Positions 12,195 to 23,744 of a stretch of DNA of 64,000 bases are shown here, one piece after another. How positions within the stretch are numbered: position 1 is the first letter of the stretch; every line of letters begins with the position of its first letter. Origin of the DNA: Atractiella rhizophila (taxonomy: Eukaryota); assembly GCA_021432655.1 (NCBI GenBank), contig MU271373.1:1-64000 (forward strand), given 5' to 3'. A model generated the notes under the pieces. That model had not been told where the DNA came from. It searched no databases and saw only the letters and a program-made list of their open reading frames with translations. The translations under genes were made by a program, and so were the position numbers.

Positions 12195-13785
12195 TCATAG
12201 GAGTTCCGTATTCATCGTCACTCCGGAAGGTAGGATGTCGCTCCTGAGACGACATAGGCAGGCATGGAGGGCACAGAGCCATACCTTGAGTGTTTGTGTC
12301 AGCTTGGGTTCTAGGAACATGAAAACAAAAAAAATCCCAAAAAAATCACGATTGCAAATATGGAATATCGAGAAAAAACGGAACAGGAAGGATAGAGGAA
12401 AGGATTACACACCGAATAAATCACGAAAGAAGGCATCTCCTTCTCCGGCCTACGTACGAGGATATACCGAGTGCAAGTGACGAAGCAAGAAAACTTCATG
12501 AGTTGGACGAAGACGGGATGAGCTTGAGAGATGAAGGAAGCGATGGCGGTTGAAATGAGGAGGACCACGGGGATAGAGGTCCGAGCGAGGGTAGGGTAGA
12601 GGATGGGGAGAGTCTTCCGGCCGTTTGCTCGGTCGCCAACCACGTCTGGAAAGTCTGCACGGGCATCAAACATGTCAGCCTGCTCCGAGGATCTTCCGGG
12701 AAGAAGGAGAGGAGGAGCCCACCTTGACTGTGGATGGTGAGCAGGTTTACGATACCTGAAACGAACACCGCGAGCATCTGGTGGACGGTCAGGGGCGCTC
12801 CACCACCTTTTGTTTGATCAAAAAGCAGTATCAGTACTGTAATATCGAAGATAGACAGAAAACGGGAAAAGACAGACGTACGGGCGACGACCATGGTTCC
12901 CACCTCCCCAAAAGGGTAACAGAAGGCAGCGAACAAGCTCTTGCCCCACCAATACTTGCTCACTTCGAGGTCATTGTGAACGGTATCGATGATTGTCACT
13001 GGTCATCCCATCTGGCATTAGTTCGAACTCGCTGGTGGCTGTTTCAAGTAGGAGAGAGGGGAGGGTGGAGGGCGACATACGAGCGCAAGAACAGGCGATA
13101 GCACGGTGGCCGCTGGGATAATGACATCGAGTCAGCACAAAAGCTGAAGTGAAAGCGTGGAGAGAGAAAACGTACCCGAGGAGGGCGGAGAGGATGATGT
13201 TTACGAAGGGAATAATACACCGAAGGACGCGTGCGGTTCGCAAGCTCATCATCCCGCTCGGAATAGGACGGTATGGTTTGTTGGCAGCGTCTTCGAGGGG
13301 CGCGCTGCCTGTAGAATCGTCAATGGTCAGTGTACCACATCTACTTGGACGAGTGAGGAATAATGAAAGGGGGAAGACAAACCATAGGACTGGTTCGAGA
13401 GGTTGAACTCGATGAGGACCATTGTCAACCAGAAGGCAGAGGCGAGGAAGCTCGACCAGGAACGGAAGCCAACGACTGCGGTGGAGAAGGTGAGGATGGG
13501 GAAGAGGACGGTCTTGAAATCTGAACGTGTGAGTCGGTAGATGGTCTTGAGCACCTGCCACATCCACACTCGGTAGTCGTCCAGCTTATAATCTTCCAGT
13601 CGCAGCTTCCTGTGCCATTCGAGGACCCATCTGATCAGCCTCAGCCATGCCATAGCCATCGCTTGTGCGAGGGTACGAAAACGAAGATTCAAATTTTGAT
13701 GGTTTTTTGAGGTGTTTGAGGAGGAAGAAACATACAAGCTGCGAAGATTGTCGAGGGCACTGCATGGGCCGTTTGGTGAGAACAT
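12195..13785 (-). CDS. UbiA-family membrane prenyltransferase / UbiA-type terpene cyclase-like; multi-exon
   Basis: Spliced motifs NQSYG|SAPLEDAANKPYRPIPSG and TIHSQD|FPDVVGDRANGRKTLP, with multiple TM segments. Last exon inferred as VWLCALHACL...*. Start uncertain (13785 or the downstream MAMAWL). Confidence 0.82.
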
Positions 13786-15211
13786 TATGATGGTCTACTG
13801 AAGAGGATGGTACAGCCAGGTAGAAGGTAGAAGTAGACGAGACAGATGGAAGAAGAACGGTTAAGCTTTTGTATGACAGAGTCGAAGTTTCATTATCGTT
13901 CAATATGAAAAAAGTTTCGTCAGGTTTCATTCGCTTCCGAAGCACCAGCAACAACCGAGTCCGCTTCCGTCCAACTGCCTAATGTCCTCGTTTTTTTTCT
14001 GCTTCTTCTTGCGAATCTCCTGTCAATTCTCAATTCTCCTGCGTTTCTCGCTGTGTCTAGGTAGCTAACATGGTGTTAACCCGTCTCCTGTATGGACATC
14101 CAGCCATCAAACCACCGATCCATTAGCCCGGGAAGGCAAGAGTCAGTGCGTGCTTGTGCCTTGTTGTGGGGGACGCGATAGCTGCATCCCAATATTGCTG
14201 CCTGTCCGATGTGACATGCGTGGTAAAGTCCCCATTCAATCAAATTCAATCCCATTCAATTCAGCTGAGATTCACGGTGGAGCTTTCCCAGAATCACTCT
14301 TGAATCCCAGGACACAGTAGTACTCCAGCAACTGCAATCACCAGAAGCGAAGCTGGTGAAGGTCGGGGAGAAGGAAACCGTCCAAAGACAGTCACACCCT
14401 GGTTCAACGAAGCCGTTGAGCGATCGCCACAAGCCCCGGCGATCAAGACGATCTTACATGCCAGATGGGCGACCTCCGATCTCTTACCAGATCTCGCTGT
14501 GGAAAGCGAGATCGATCCATCAATCTGCGTCGGCTTGAACGTACTCTGCCACACCCATTTCAAAAAGTCATTGGGGTTTGGGGTGGTGGGTGTGGTGATG
14601 ACATGACAAAGTAGGACGGAAAATTCTTCCTCCACAACCATGTATCCATCGCAGTGCTGGACGGCTGCCGAGTTGACGCGTTTGATACTGCACCACGGCC
14701 AGGGGTGGCATTGAATGGAATGATGGAATGGAATGGTTGGATGGAAGAGGTTCGATCGGGTTCATTTGCGTCGGTGAAGCTTTCAGCTGGTCGGCCATCG
14801 CGTTTGCATCATATGAAAGCTCTTCTTCAGCTGCCAAGTCAACACAAATACCTTGAAATGAACAGCTCAGAAAACTAGAGCATGATGAGCGGCGGGAGAA
14901 GGGGAACTTCGAGTTGGTTAAACGCGACTCGGAGGAAACTTTCGAGGACGCGTTGCGACGCCTTCTGAAGCACGCGTTTGGAGTTTGCTGATTCGAAACG
15001 TCGTGATCATGATGAAGTCAATCGAATTACATGTTTACACTCACTCTATCTCGAGTGGAGAGGGAAAGTGAAAATGAAGGGTGCAAGCTTTCCTGCTTCG
15101 GGCTTGGGAAAAGTGTAATGCCCAGCAAGTTGAGACTGCGCCGTATTATTCCCCTCACGGCCTCACCACAGCTTCAAGCACTGAAGCACAACATGGGACC
15201 TTAATCGCCAA

Positions 15212-16407
15212 TCAATCCACCCAAAACACGACCTGATCAACCAAAACCAAATACTCCACACCCCCACCCGTCCCAGCCGTTCCCCTCGTCCTCGCACCCC
15301 CAATCTCCTCGTCCACCTCCCGTCCCACATCTCGGCCTTTGGTCTCGCACCAGCCGAGGGGACCGTGGTCGCAGTCTGCGCAGGTGAGGTATTTGAGCGT
15401 GTTTTTGTTTTGCGTCGGATCGGCGGAGGAGGAGGCTGAGGAGGATGAGGAGGGGAGAGGGACGTCTTTTGAGAAACCGATGTTTTCGAAGGTGAGAGGG
15501 GAGGGGACGAGAAGGACGGTGGTTTGTGAGCTCTCGGGGGAGGTCTGCATTGCATTTATGATTCAGTGAATTTCGATGGATGGATCAGAATGGGATTGAG
15601 AGAGCAGAGACTCACGCGGTTCGGACGCGTCACAACGGTTGCTGTGCCTTTCTTCAAGATGATGGAACGACATCCTTCCCTCTTACAACGGACATCAAAC
15701 TTGTTCCTCTCTCCCTCCAAACCGACATCGACATCGAAAGAGCCTTGCTCTCCCGAAGCTACCAACTCCTTCCAGGTCTTCCTACCCCTAAGCTCCATCT
15801 CCATATCCCACCAAGGCTCTCCCTCCCCCTCCTTCCCCTCCATCCCATGCTCCACCACGCTCTTCCCCACAAACGCAAAGCCCACAGACTCATAAAACCC
15901 AACCAAAGGCCGATGAGCAAGAAGAGCCACGCGATCGTACCCCTGTTCACGTATCCAGGAGAGGTAGCGCCGGAGGAGGATGCGTCCGAGACCTTTGGAC
16001 CGGTGGGATTGGGAGACGACGACGCTGTGGATGCATACTGTGTGGCCGGCGCCGCGTTCCGGAGAGTGGGAGGTGAAGCTTTCTTCTGTCACTAGACGGG
16101 AAGCAGAACAGGTGGCGCAGACGAAGCCGACGAGTTCTCCTTCGTCCTCTCTTAGGTCTTCCTGTTCTGTGACGCTTGGATTGGCCTGAGATTGCGAAGG
16201 TTGGGTGGATGATGGCGAGGAGGAGGGAAGGAAGCAGGCGTAGAATAGGTGCGGCGCATGTGTTAGACGGTAGGTGAAGGAGACCTCAGTGCCTGCTTCT
16301 GAGGCTGGATATGACGCTTGTTCGATCTCCAACGCGCGGGAGAGGAAGGATGGTGGGAGCGGTTTGAAGATGTAGGAGTCGCTGGTTTGCTCGTTTCCAT
16401 GTGCCAT
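15212..16407 (-). CDS. GNAT acetyltransferase (AANAT/Paa1-like) fused to an Mss4/Dss4-like Zn domain; 2 exons
   Basis: GNAT part: LEIEQASYPASEA, CIHSVVV..HRSKGLGRILL, LVGFYESVGF. Mss4 part: RCKREGCRSIIL, FENIGFSK, KYLTCADCDHGPLGW. A 71-nt GT-AG intron at 15615-15545 keeps the frame. Confidence 0.85.
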
Positions 16408-16632
16408 TTGGTACCTTGGGAGTTGTATCGTTGAGCGATTGGATATATATATATGATATCGGAGAGTCAGTCTACCAGTTCAGTTTACACGAAAGTAGAT
16501 CTCAAAGATGATGGTGTCACGTGTTAAAGAGAACGCCGACAAAGGTGCGGGAATATATCGTATCTCAAAAAACGACGACCAGAATTTAACAGAGAAGTAG
16601 GCAAGAGAATTGGAAGAGAGTGAGAAAAGGAG
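16408..16632. promoter_or_regulatory. Probable bidirectional promoter between GNAT-Mss4 and the RRM gene
   Basis: 225-bp head-to-head spacing, with a (TA)n run near 16443-16454 and a CACGTG near 16518. Confidence 0.5.
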
Positions 16633-19600
16633 ATGGACGAAGACGACCTCTACGCCGACCTCTACGGCAACCTCGACGTTCCCGAGCCTCCATCACCACC
16701 AGCGCCTCAGCCCCAGACACAGGCACCACCCGTCGCCCAACTTTCCCAACTCCCACAAGGGACTCTCTCATCCTTACCTCCAGGTCTCAACGCCCCACCT
16801 GGGTTTCCTCCTAATGCCCGTACGTCTCCTCTTCTTCATCTTCATCTGTATCCTACCGTGCTCACTGCTCCCTGTCATGTTGGTGTGGACGACGCACAGT
16901 GCCCATCCCCCAATTCACGTCCCCAGCCACCTCCTCCTTCCTCACCCCTCCCCTCCCCTCCCTCCCCGCCTCCATGGCTCCTCTAAACCCGAACGCACAT
17001 CCACATCCGCCCTCCATGTCCACAAACGCGGGTGGCATGGCGGGGTACGGAGGGTCCTTCGCGAACGGGACGGGCATGGGCATGCAGAACCAGAACCAGA
17101 GTCAGGGTCAGGGTCAGGGTCAGGGTCAGATGGCGGCTCTTGGCGTCGCGGGACAGCAGACGGTGGGCGCGGCACAGGCGCTGGCGGGTGGGAAGTCGGT
17201 GAGGCCGAGCGAGATGCCGGATGAGGGGTGCGTCTTTCTTTCTTCTTCTTTTTCTTCTTCTTGTTTGTTCGTTGCTGTGGTTGTTGTTTGAGGAGGGAGG
17301 TGTGTGTTGTGGTTGCGCTTTGAGACAAGCGAAAATGTCGTTGCTACAGTCAAGGACTTCAAAATATCTTGTCCTTTGATTGAGAGGAGGTCTTTACCCT
17401 CATTAGAAGAGTAGGACAATATTTCCGGAGTTGTCTTCCCTTTCATTCCTTAGGAATGCCGTTTATGAGGTTTAAAAAGACTCAGAACATGCACGTGGAT
17501 CCTCAATGTTCACTGCTAGAAGACCCGTGAGACTGTTTTCTAGAATGAATGAACGACTTTGAGAAGCACTGCGTTTGAAGGTCAAAAGACCTCAAAACCA
17601 CGCTTGTATTTGTCATTGATGGAATGTTCATCAAGGCTCATTGGAAGAGCGGACCGAAGTATTTTCCAAACAGAAAGATGAGAGAGAGCCCTCCTTCGAC
17701 TGCTTGAAATTGAAGACCGTTTGCGTTGGACATGCGCATATAGCTTGCAGATAGATAGTGCAGATAGATTGCATATACATAGCAGATAGAGATAGATTCA
17801 TGTACCCTATCCATCATGATACAGAGATAGATCACACATTGGGCCAAAGGGTAAAGTTAAAGGGAAGGGAGCTGGACCGTGTTCTACTTATAGCCATGTA
17901 GCAGATACCCACATAGGATAATCATCACCATCGTTTCTCAGAACAAGATCCCGTCCCGTTCCCTCCCACATCCCACCCGCACTCCAAAGTCTCCAAAACG
18001 CGTAAAATAGCGCGTTGCACCTTTCACTTTCCTTCCACTTCCTCCAGAACCCCATCTGTCCATCCGATAGTGCGCATGCTCATCCTCCTCTCTCATGCAG
18101 GAAAATGTTCGTCGGCGGCTTAAACTGGGACACAACCGATGGTCCGTCTCTTCTCCCGATCTCCCTTTCTTTGTGTGATGTGTGATCGTGGACTCCGTGT
18201 GTGTGTGTGCGGATGGATGTAGATGGCCTCAGGAACTACTTTGCACAGTTTGGGAAAGTCATACATTGTACAATCATGAGAGATCCTTCCGGACGATCGA
18301 GAGGTTTCGCGTTTTTGACCTTTGAGGACCCGAACGCGGTCAACACTGTGATGGTTCGGGAACACTATTTGGACGGGAAGATCGTGCGTCTGCTCCTCCC
18401 ATTCCAACATTTCCCTCTCCCTCCTTACTTTTGATTTTTGATGAATAAACTGAATGGGGACGCGTAGATCGATCCCAAGCGAGCTATACCGCGTCCGGAC
18501 CAGCCGAAGACGGAGAAGCTGTTCGTGCGCAACATCCACTCGTCCGTCACCACCCAACAGTTCAAATCCTACTGGCACTCCTTCGGCACCGTCCTCGACT
18601 CCACACTCATGATCGATAAGGACACGAGGCAGCATAGAGGGTTCGGCTTCGTCAATTTCGAGGACGCGGTCGGCGTGGAGAACGTGTTGAAGGCCCAACC
18701 GCACTATATGAATGGATTCGAGGTGCGTCCTTCTTCCCATCTATTTCGGACGCTCGATTCTTGATTTGAGTTCGATTGTTGGTTTTTGGTCGCTGATTGT
18801 GAACGCGAGCAGATTGAGGTCAAGAAAGCCCAGCCGCGGCCTAACCAGCGGGACGAGGGCAAGCCCCACTCAGACGGCGGGGGCGGACTGCAAGGCATTT
18901 CGACCTACACCTCCGACTCCTCCGGAGGGATGAACAACGGTTCCATCGGAGCGGGTGGCGGGGGAACAGGAGCTGGAGGAAGCGGAGGAGGAGCGGGGAG
19001 TGGGACGGGGATGGGTCAGCCTTTCGATCCGTACCATATGGCGGAGTTCTTTAAGGCGATGGGATGGGGAGGGAAGGGCGGTTGGAACCCTTCGTCCCTG
19101 TTCGCTAAGGATGGGAATGCTGCGACGACGACGGCGGGAGGAACGATGGGAATGGGCGGCGTTGGGATGAATATGGGAGGTATGGGCATGGGAATGGGAA
19201 ATATGATGGGCGGTATGGGAGGAGGGATGGGGATGGGGAATAATATGGGAGGTATGGGAGGTATGAGCGGTGGCGGGGGCGGAATGGCTGGTGGTGGAAT
19301 GGGTGGTGGAATGGGAGGAGGAATGGGAGGGGGAATGGGAGGGGGAATTGGAGGCATGGGAGGGAACATGGGAGGGAACATGGGAGGGAACATGGGAGGG
19401 AACATAGGAGGAATGGGCGGATACCAGAACCAGAACCATCAGAGAAACTTTTCTGGCGGCCGTGGTGGGTTTGGAGGTGGAATGGGGGGAGGGATGGGGA
19501 TGATGGGTACAGGGAAGCCTCCACCCAGGGGACCAAGAGCGATGGGAGCTGGAGGGATGGGAATGGGGATGGGGATGGGGAACGTGCCTTCTGGACCAGC

Positions 19601-19685
19601 TGCGATGCGGGATGGGGGAGGAGGGGGACAGTTGGGACCAATGAGACATCAAGGAGGCGGAGGGAGGGGGTTTAGACCTTATTAG
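16633..19685 (+). CDS. Hrp1/Musashi/hnRNP A-D-like 2xRRM RNA-binding protein with Gly/Met-rich low-complexity tail; 6 exons
   Basis: RRM1 KMFVGGLNWDTT...RSRGFAFLTF...HYLDGKIIDPKRAIPR and RRM2 KLFVRNI...HRGFGFVNF...IEVKKAQPR. C-terminal RGFRPY resembles a PY-NLS. Intron 17228-18100 is 873 nt. Confidence 0.9.
19140..19590 (+). repeat. Coding Gly/Met low-complexity repeats, including a 12-nt GGAGGGAACATG unit (GGNM)
   Basis: Tandem GGGM/GGNM codon repeats are directly visible; about four copies of the 12-mer lie near 19359-19406. Confidence 0.85.
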
Positions 19686-20570
19686 TTCGCTTACATACTT
19701 TGTGCAGTTCGAGGGAGAAAAAGCTTTGTTTCAGAAGCGAAATTCGGTGTTGTTTTATTATTGACATTTTTGAACGATTTGTTATGCTAAGTTCATATCG
19801 ATATGCTAATGACACTATTCCCTCTTCAGTTCTTGTTCACCAGCTCCTAGAATGAGAAGGGAGACAATTGAGAGAAAACCGAAAAGGGCTGAATAGATAT
19901 TGCATTTTCAGCAGAGTTGAAGGTATATAAAACGCAATAGTTGTATCCAACTCCTTGAATGAATTCGCCAAGTTCGCGCTCATTTGGATTTTCAGGCGAG
20001 ATAACAAACGAACTCCTCCTGCAGTGACTGCAGGAGACCTCTCCTGCTCTCGCCCAGGCTGATCATGAGCCTTCTGTTCTCCACTAAATCGGTGAATCGA
20101 TGAATCGATGACAAGCAAGCTCTTTCATGAGCCCCTCGTGCCAGCCCGCAAGTAACTTAACGTCCTTTCACTTGCAACAAGGGCGAGGACAAGAATACTG
20201 CCCAATCATTGTTACAAAGGCTGAGGAAGGCAATAAAAGGATCCTCAGCCACGACTCGTCGTTGTTGTTTACTTGCGCGGATTCGTGATTCGACTGGGGC
20301 AACAACCACCACCTCCTTTCAGCACATCGACACCGCTGCAATCCCCAGCGCTGTCTGAACAACCAAAACGCGGTGATCCACCGAGTGCGTTGGCATTAGC
20401 AGACGAGCGAAGAAACGAGTCAGATCGCGGAAGAAGGCTCCGTACATCTCGTTCCATTCCGGCCATTTGACAACCACATCTCAGCTCACAACTTGTCCCT
20501 CACCAACACAATATCTCCAATCGATTAGTCCACGATAGTCCTTAGGCATAGAGTCAGAGTGGAGCACGCC

Positions 20571-23500
20571 ATGGCATCGACGAGCGCGAGTGGTCCAAGT
20601 GGAGGCGGAGGAGCAGGTGCGGCGTTGACTTGGGCCGAGAGGGCGAAGAAATCGCTGCCTGTGAACGGAAATGGAAGTGGACATGGGAGTGGAAATGGCG
20701 CTCTCGCTTTGGCCGCCGGAGTGATGGGGACGACTGTGCCTGCATCGGCATCTTCGAATGCTGCGAATTGGAATGTGAATGGAATTGGAGGAGATGAAAG
20801 GGAAGGAAAGAAGAAGAAGAAGAAGAGGAAAGGAGGTGCGTATCCTCTTTTCTTTACTACCCATTCATCATCGAAATGGATGCGGTGTTGGGTTGGAGAC
20901 GCATAGAGATGATTGATTACTCATGTGGGCTATTTGTGAAGGCGATTCAAACTCCCAATCCCCCGTCCCACCATCAACAGCAACCATGTCCCCTCACAGC
21001 CAGTCTCCAAATCGAAATTCCAAAACGGACTCTTCCGACAATCTTCCTGCCCCTTCTTCCCATTCCCAATCGACGAACTCTCTCCCCCTCCCATCACCAC
21101 TGCCCGCGGAATCTTCCGAGTCGACACCGAACTCAACGACGTCAATAGCAACATCAACGGCTAATGCCGTTCCGCCGGCACAAGGGAATGTGAACATATG
21201 GGAGGTACGGAAGGAGCAAGCGCGATTGAAGAAGGAGGCGGAAGCTCGAGAAGCTGCGCAACTCGAACTAGCACGGGACGTCGAACGCGAAAGGGAGTTG
21301 GCTCTCCATTTGCAGAAGAAAGAAGAGCGCGAACGGAGAGAGAGGGAAAGGTTGGTGGAAGAAGAGGAGAGAAGGAAGAAGCATGAGATGGGAGAGGGGG
21401 AGATGGACGAGGAGAAGACGCCAAAGCCGTCGCCAAATGGACATAACCATGGACATCGGAATGCAAATTCAAGTGCAAGCGAGGAAGAAGCACCGATTGT
21501 GAAAGAGGTTAGGAAGGGCCAACATGAGAAGGAGAAGGAGAGGATGGCGGATCCTCTGAGCCTGGACGTTCATGCGAATGGTCTTGGCGCTGGAACCGCG
21601 GAAACTGGGAATGCAGAAAAGAAGAAGTCAACTTGGGCATCCGTTCCGCCTGTCCTCCCCCTAACCAACTCCAACCTTACACCCGCCGGTAGCTCCGGCA
21701 CCAGCTTTCCGCCGCTCTCCCTCTCTTCTTCTGCCTCAAATTCCACTCCTCCTTCCCCTCCAGCTTCGAAGAAGGAGAGAGACGATAGCTCCGTCTCTTC
21801 TCAACCGACTGGAGGAGCAAATATCCCTGCACCGGGGAAAGAGAGCAAGAAAAAGAAGTGGATACCTATCGAGGTCGAAATCACGATCAACGCACCACTT
21901 CCGACCAGGAGGAACCGGAATAGAATGGAGAGGGAAGATGGAGCAGAAGGGAGGGAGGAGAGGAGAGAGCGGAGAGACAGAGGTAAAGACAAGAAGGATT
22001 ATCCTTCTACTTCCGCAAGCTCAAGAAGTGCGGCATCGGGAGACGTTCCTCTACCCCCAGTATCGGTAACGAGTACGGCAGCGGCGGTGACATTTGTTGA
22101 GAAGGAAAAGAGAGCCACATCATCATCAACTTCTCTTCCTGTGGTACATGCGAACGGTTCGAATGGGGATGGAGAAGTCGAAATCAGCATGCAGAGCATG
22201 ATCATCTCCTCTTCCGCCCCCTTCGCATCATCCCTATCTCATCCTTCCACCTCCGCCTCCTCCACTTCTGTATCCACCGCTGCTACATCCAACAATTCCT
22301 CCTCCTCCACTTCGGCCAGCACAAGCCAGCTCAAACTCCCTATCCTTCCCTCTCAGATCATCTCGCCAAAACCAATCCATGGACATGGAAATGCACAAGG
22401 GGATCCAGAGCGATTGGCATCTCCAATACACATGGCAGCCAATGGATTGCCAAGCAAACCTCTTACTATCATTCCAGCAGTCTATCCTCAAGCGATAGTT
22501 TCAAATGCGCGAGCCGTGAACTCCGAAGTGAGGATGGGAAAAGATAGGGATGCGTTCCCTCCTGCTAATACAGGACTCGGCATCACTACTCTACCAAATG
22601 GAAATGGAAATGGCAGTACAAGTGGAAGCGGGAGCGGGAATGGAAGTGTGTCCGGCTCTCCTTTTGCTGATAGACATGCTACTTTATCCTCTCCGCCTGC
22701 GGAGGGAAGACCGCTGCAGAGAGAATTTGGTAACGGATATGCTTCGCGGTGGAGTGGAGAGCGGCCATACAGGGGTGGACGAGGGAGGGGGAGAGGGAGG
22801 GGAGCTTGGGGACGTGGAGGGGCTTGGAGAAATCAAGGCTTCGGGGGAGGGTACGGTCCCCCTCATCACAACCAAGGACACCATGCGTTTCAGGGACACG
22901 ATTATTATTTCGCCGTCCCCTATTCTTTCGTCACTGCCCCAACGGAGCAGCCACAAATCTACGCGGCGTATCCTTACCCTCCTTACTACATCGTGCCACC
23001 GCCACAAATGATCCCCCAACCGATCCCCCCACCTGTTGTCTACCAACAACCTGGTGGTCATGCTAATGGATTCGAAAGGCCTCAACCTGTCACCTATCCT
23101 GGGCCGACGGATCCGGCAAAGTATTATGTGCTCGGACAAGCGGAATGGTATTTCTCAGTTGATAATCTTTGCAAGGACATGTTCCTCCGTGGTCAGGTCC
23201 GTAATTTCCCCTCTCCTGAAATATGCGGAGGCTAAGTCTGTCCTGTAACGCTTAGATGGACTCTCAAGGATGGGTTGACATCTCGATGGTTGCATCTTTC
23301 AATCGAATAAAGTCCCTGACAGACGACATGAACCTGGTTCGGGACACGATGAGTTTATCGACGTTTTTGGAGGTCAGAGATTGGAAAGTTCGGAAAAGAG
23401 GAGATTGGTATCATTGGATTCTTGATACCGCCTCTCCATCAAAAGTCTCCTCCACACCTTCACCAAACACAAATGTTCAGCTCCCATCAACTCCGGTCAC

Positions 23501-23744
23501 TGTTTCACACGCCTCCACCTCGACATCACAGTCACAGTTGCAGTCACAATCGCAGGCGAATGGGGAGAGCGGAACGAGCAGTCATTCAGAAGAAGGAGAG
23601 GGAGAGGATGCTTGGATCGGCACTACTGCTGCTACGAGTCCGGGAGGGAGTTTGAAAGGGATAGTGGAGGAGAAAGAATCTGAAGCGCCAAGAGCCGGTC
23701 CGGGTTCGTTCCCTCTTTTATTTCAGCGCTCAGAGGTGGAGTAG
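20571..23744 (+). CDS. La-motif (LARP/Sro9-like) RNA-binding protein; 3 exons
   Basis: La motif QAEWYFSVDNLCKDMFLRGQ|MDSQGWVDISMVASFNRIKSL, an RGG tract and the KKKKWIPI motif. Introns about 20836-20941 and 23198-23255. Confidence 0.85.

Noticed and set aside
14231..14262. Three 10-nt CCCATTCAAT-like repeats
   Set aside because: Too short, with no spacers; a simple repeat, not CRISPR-like.
18870..19652. Long antisense ORFs (His/Ser- and Pro-rich) opposite the RRM tail
   Set aside because: They are shadows of the Gly/Met repeat, which lacks stops on the reverse strand.
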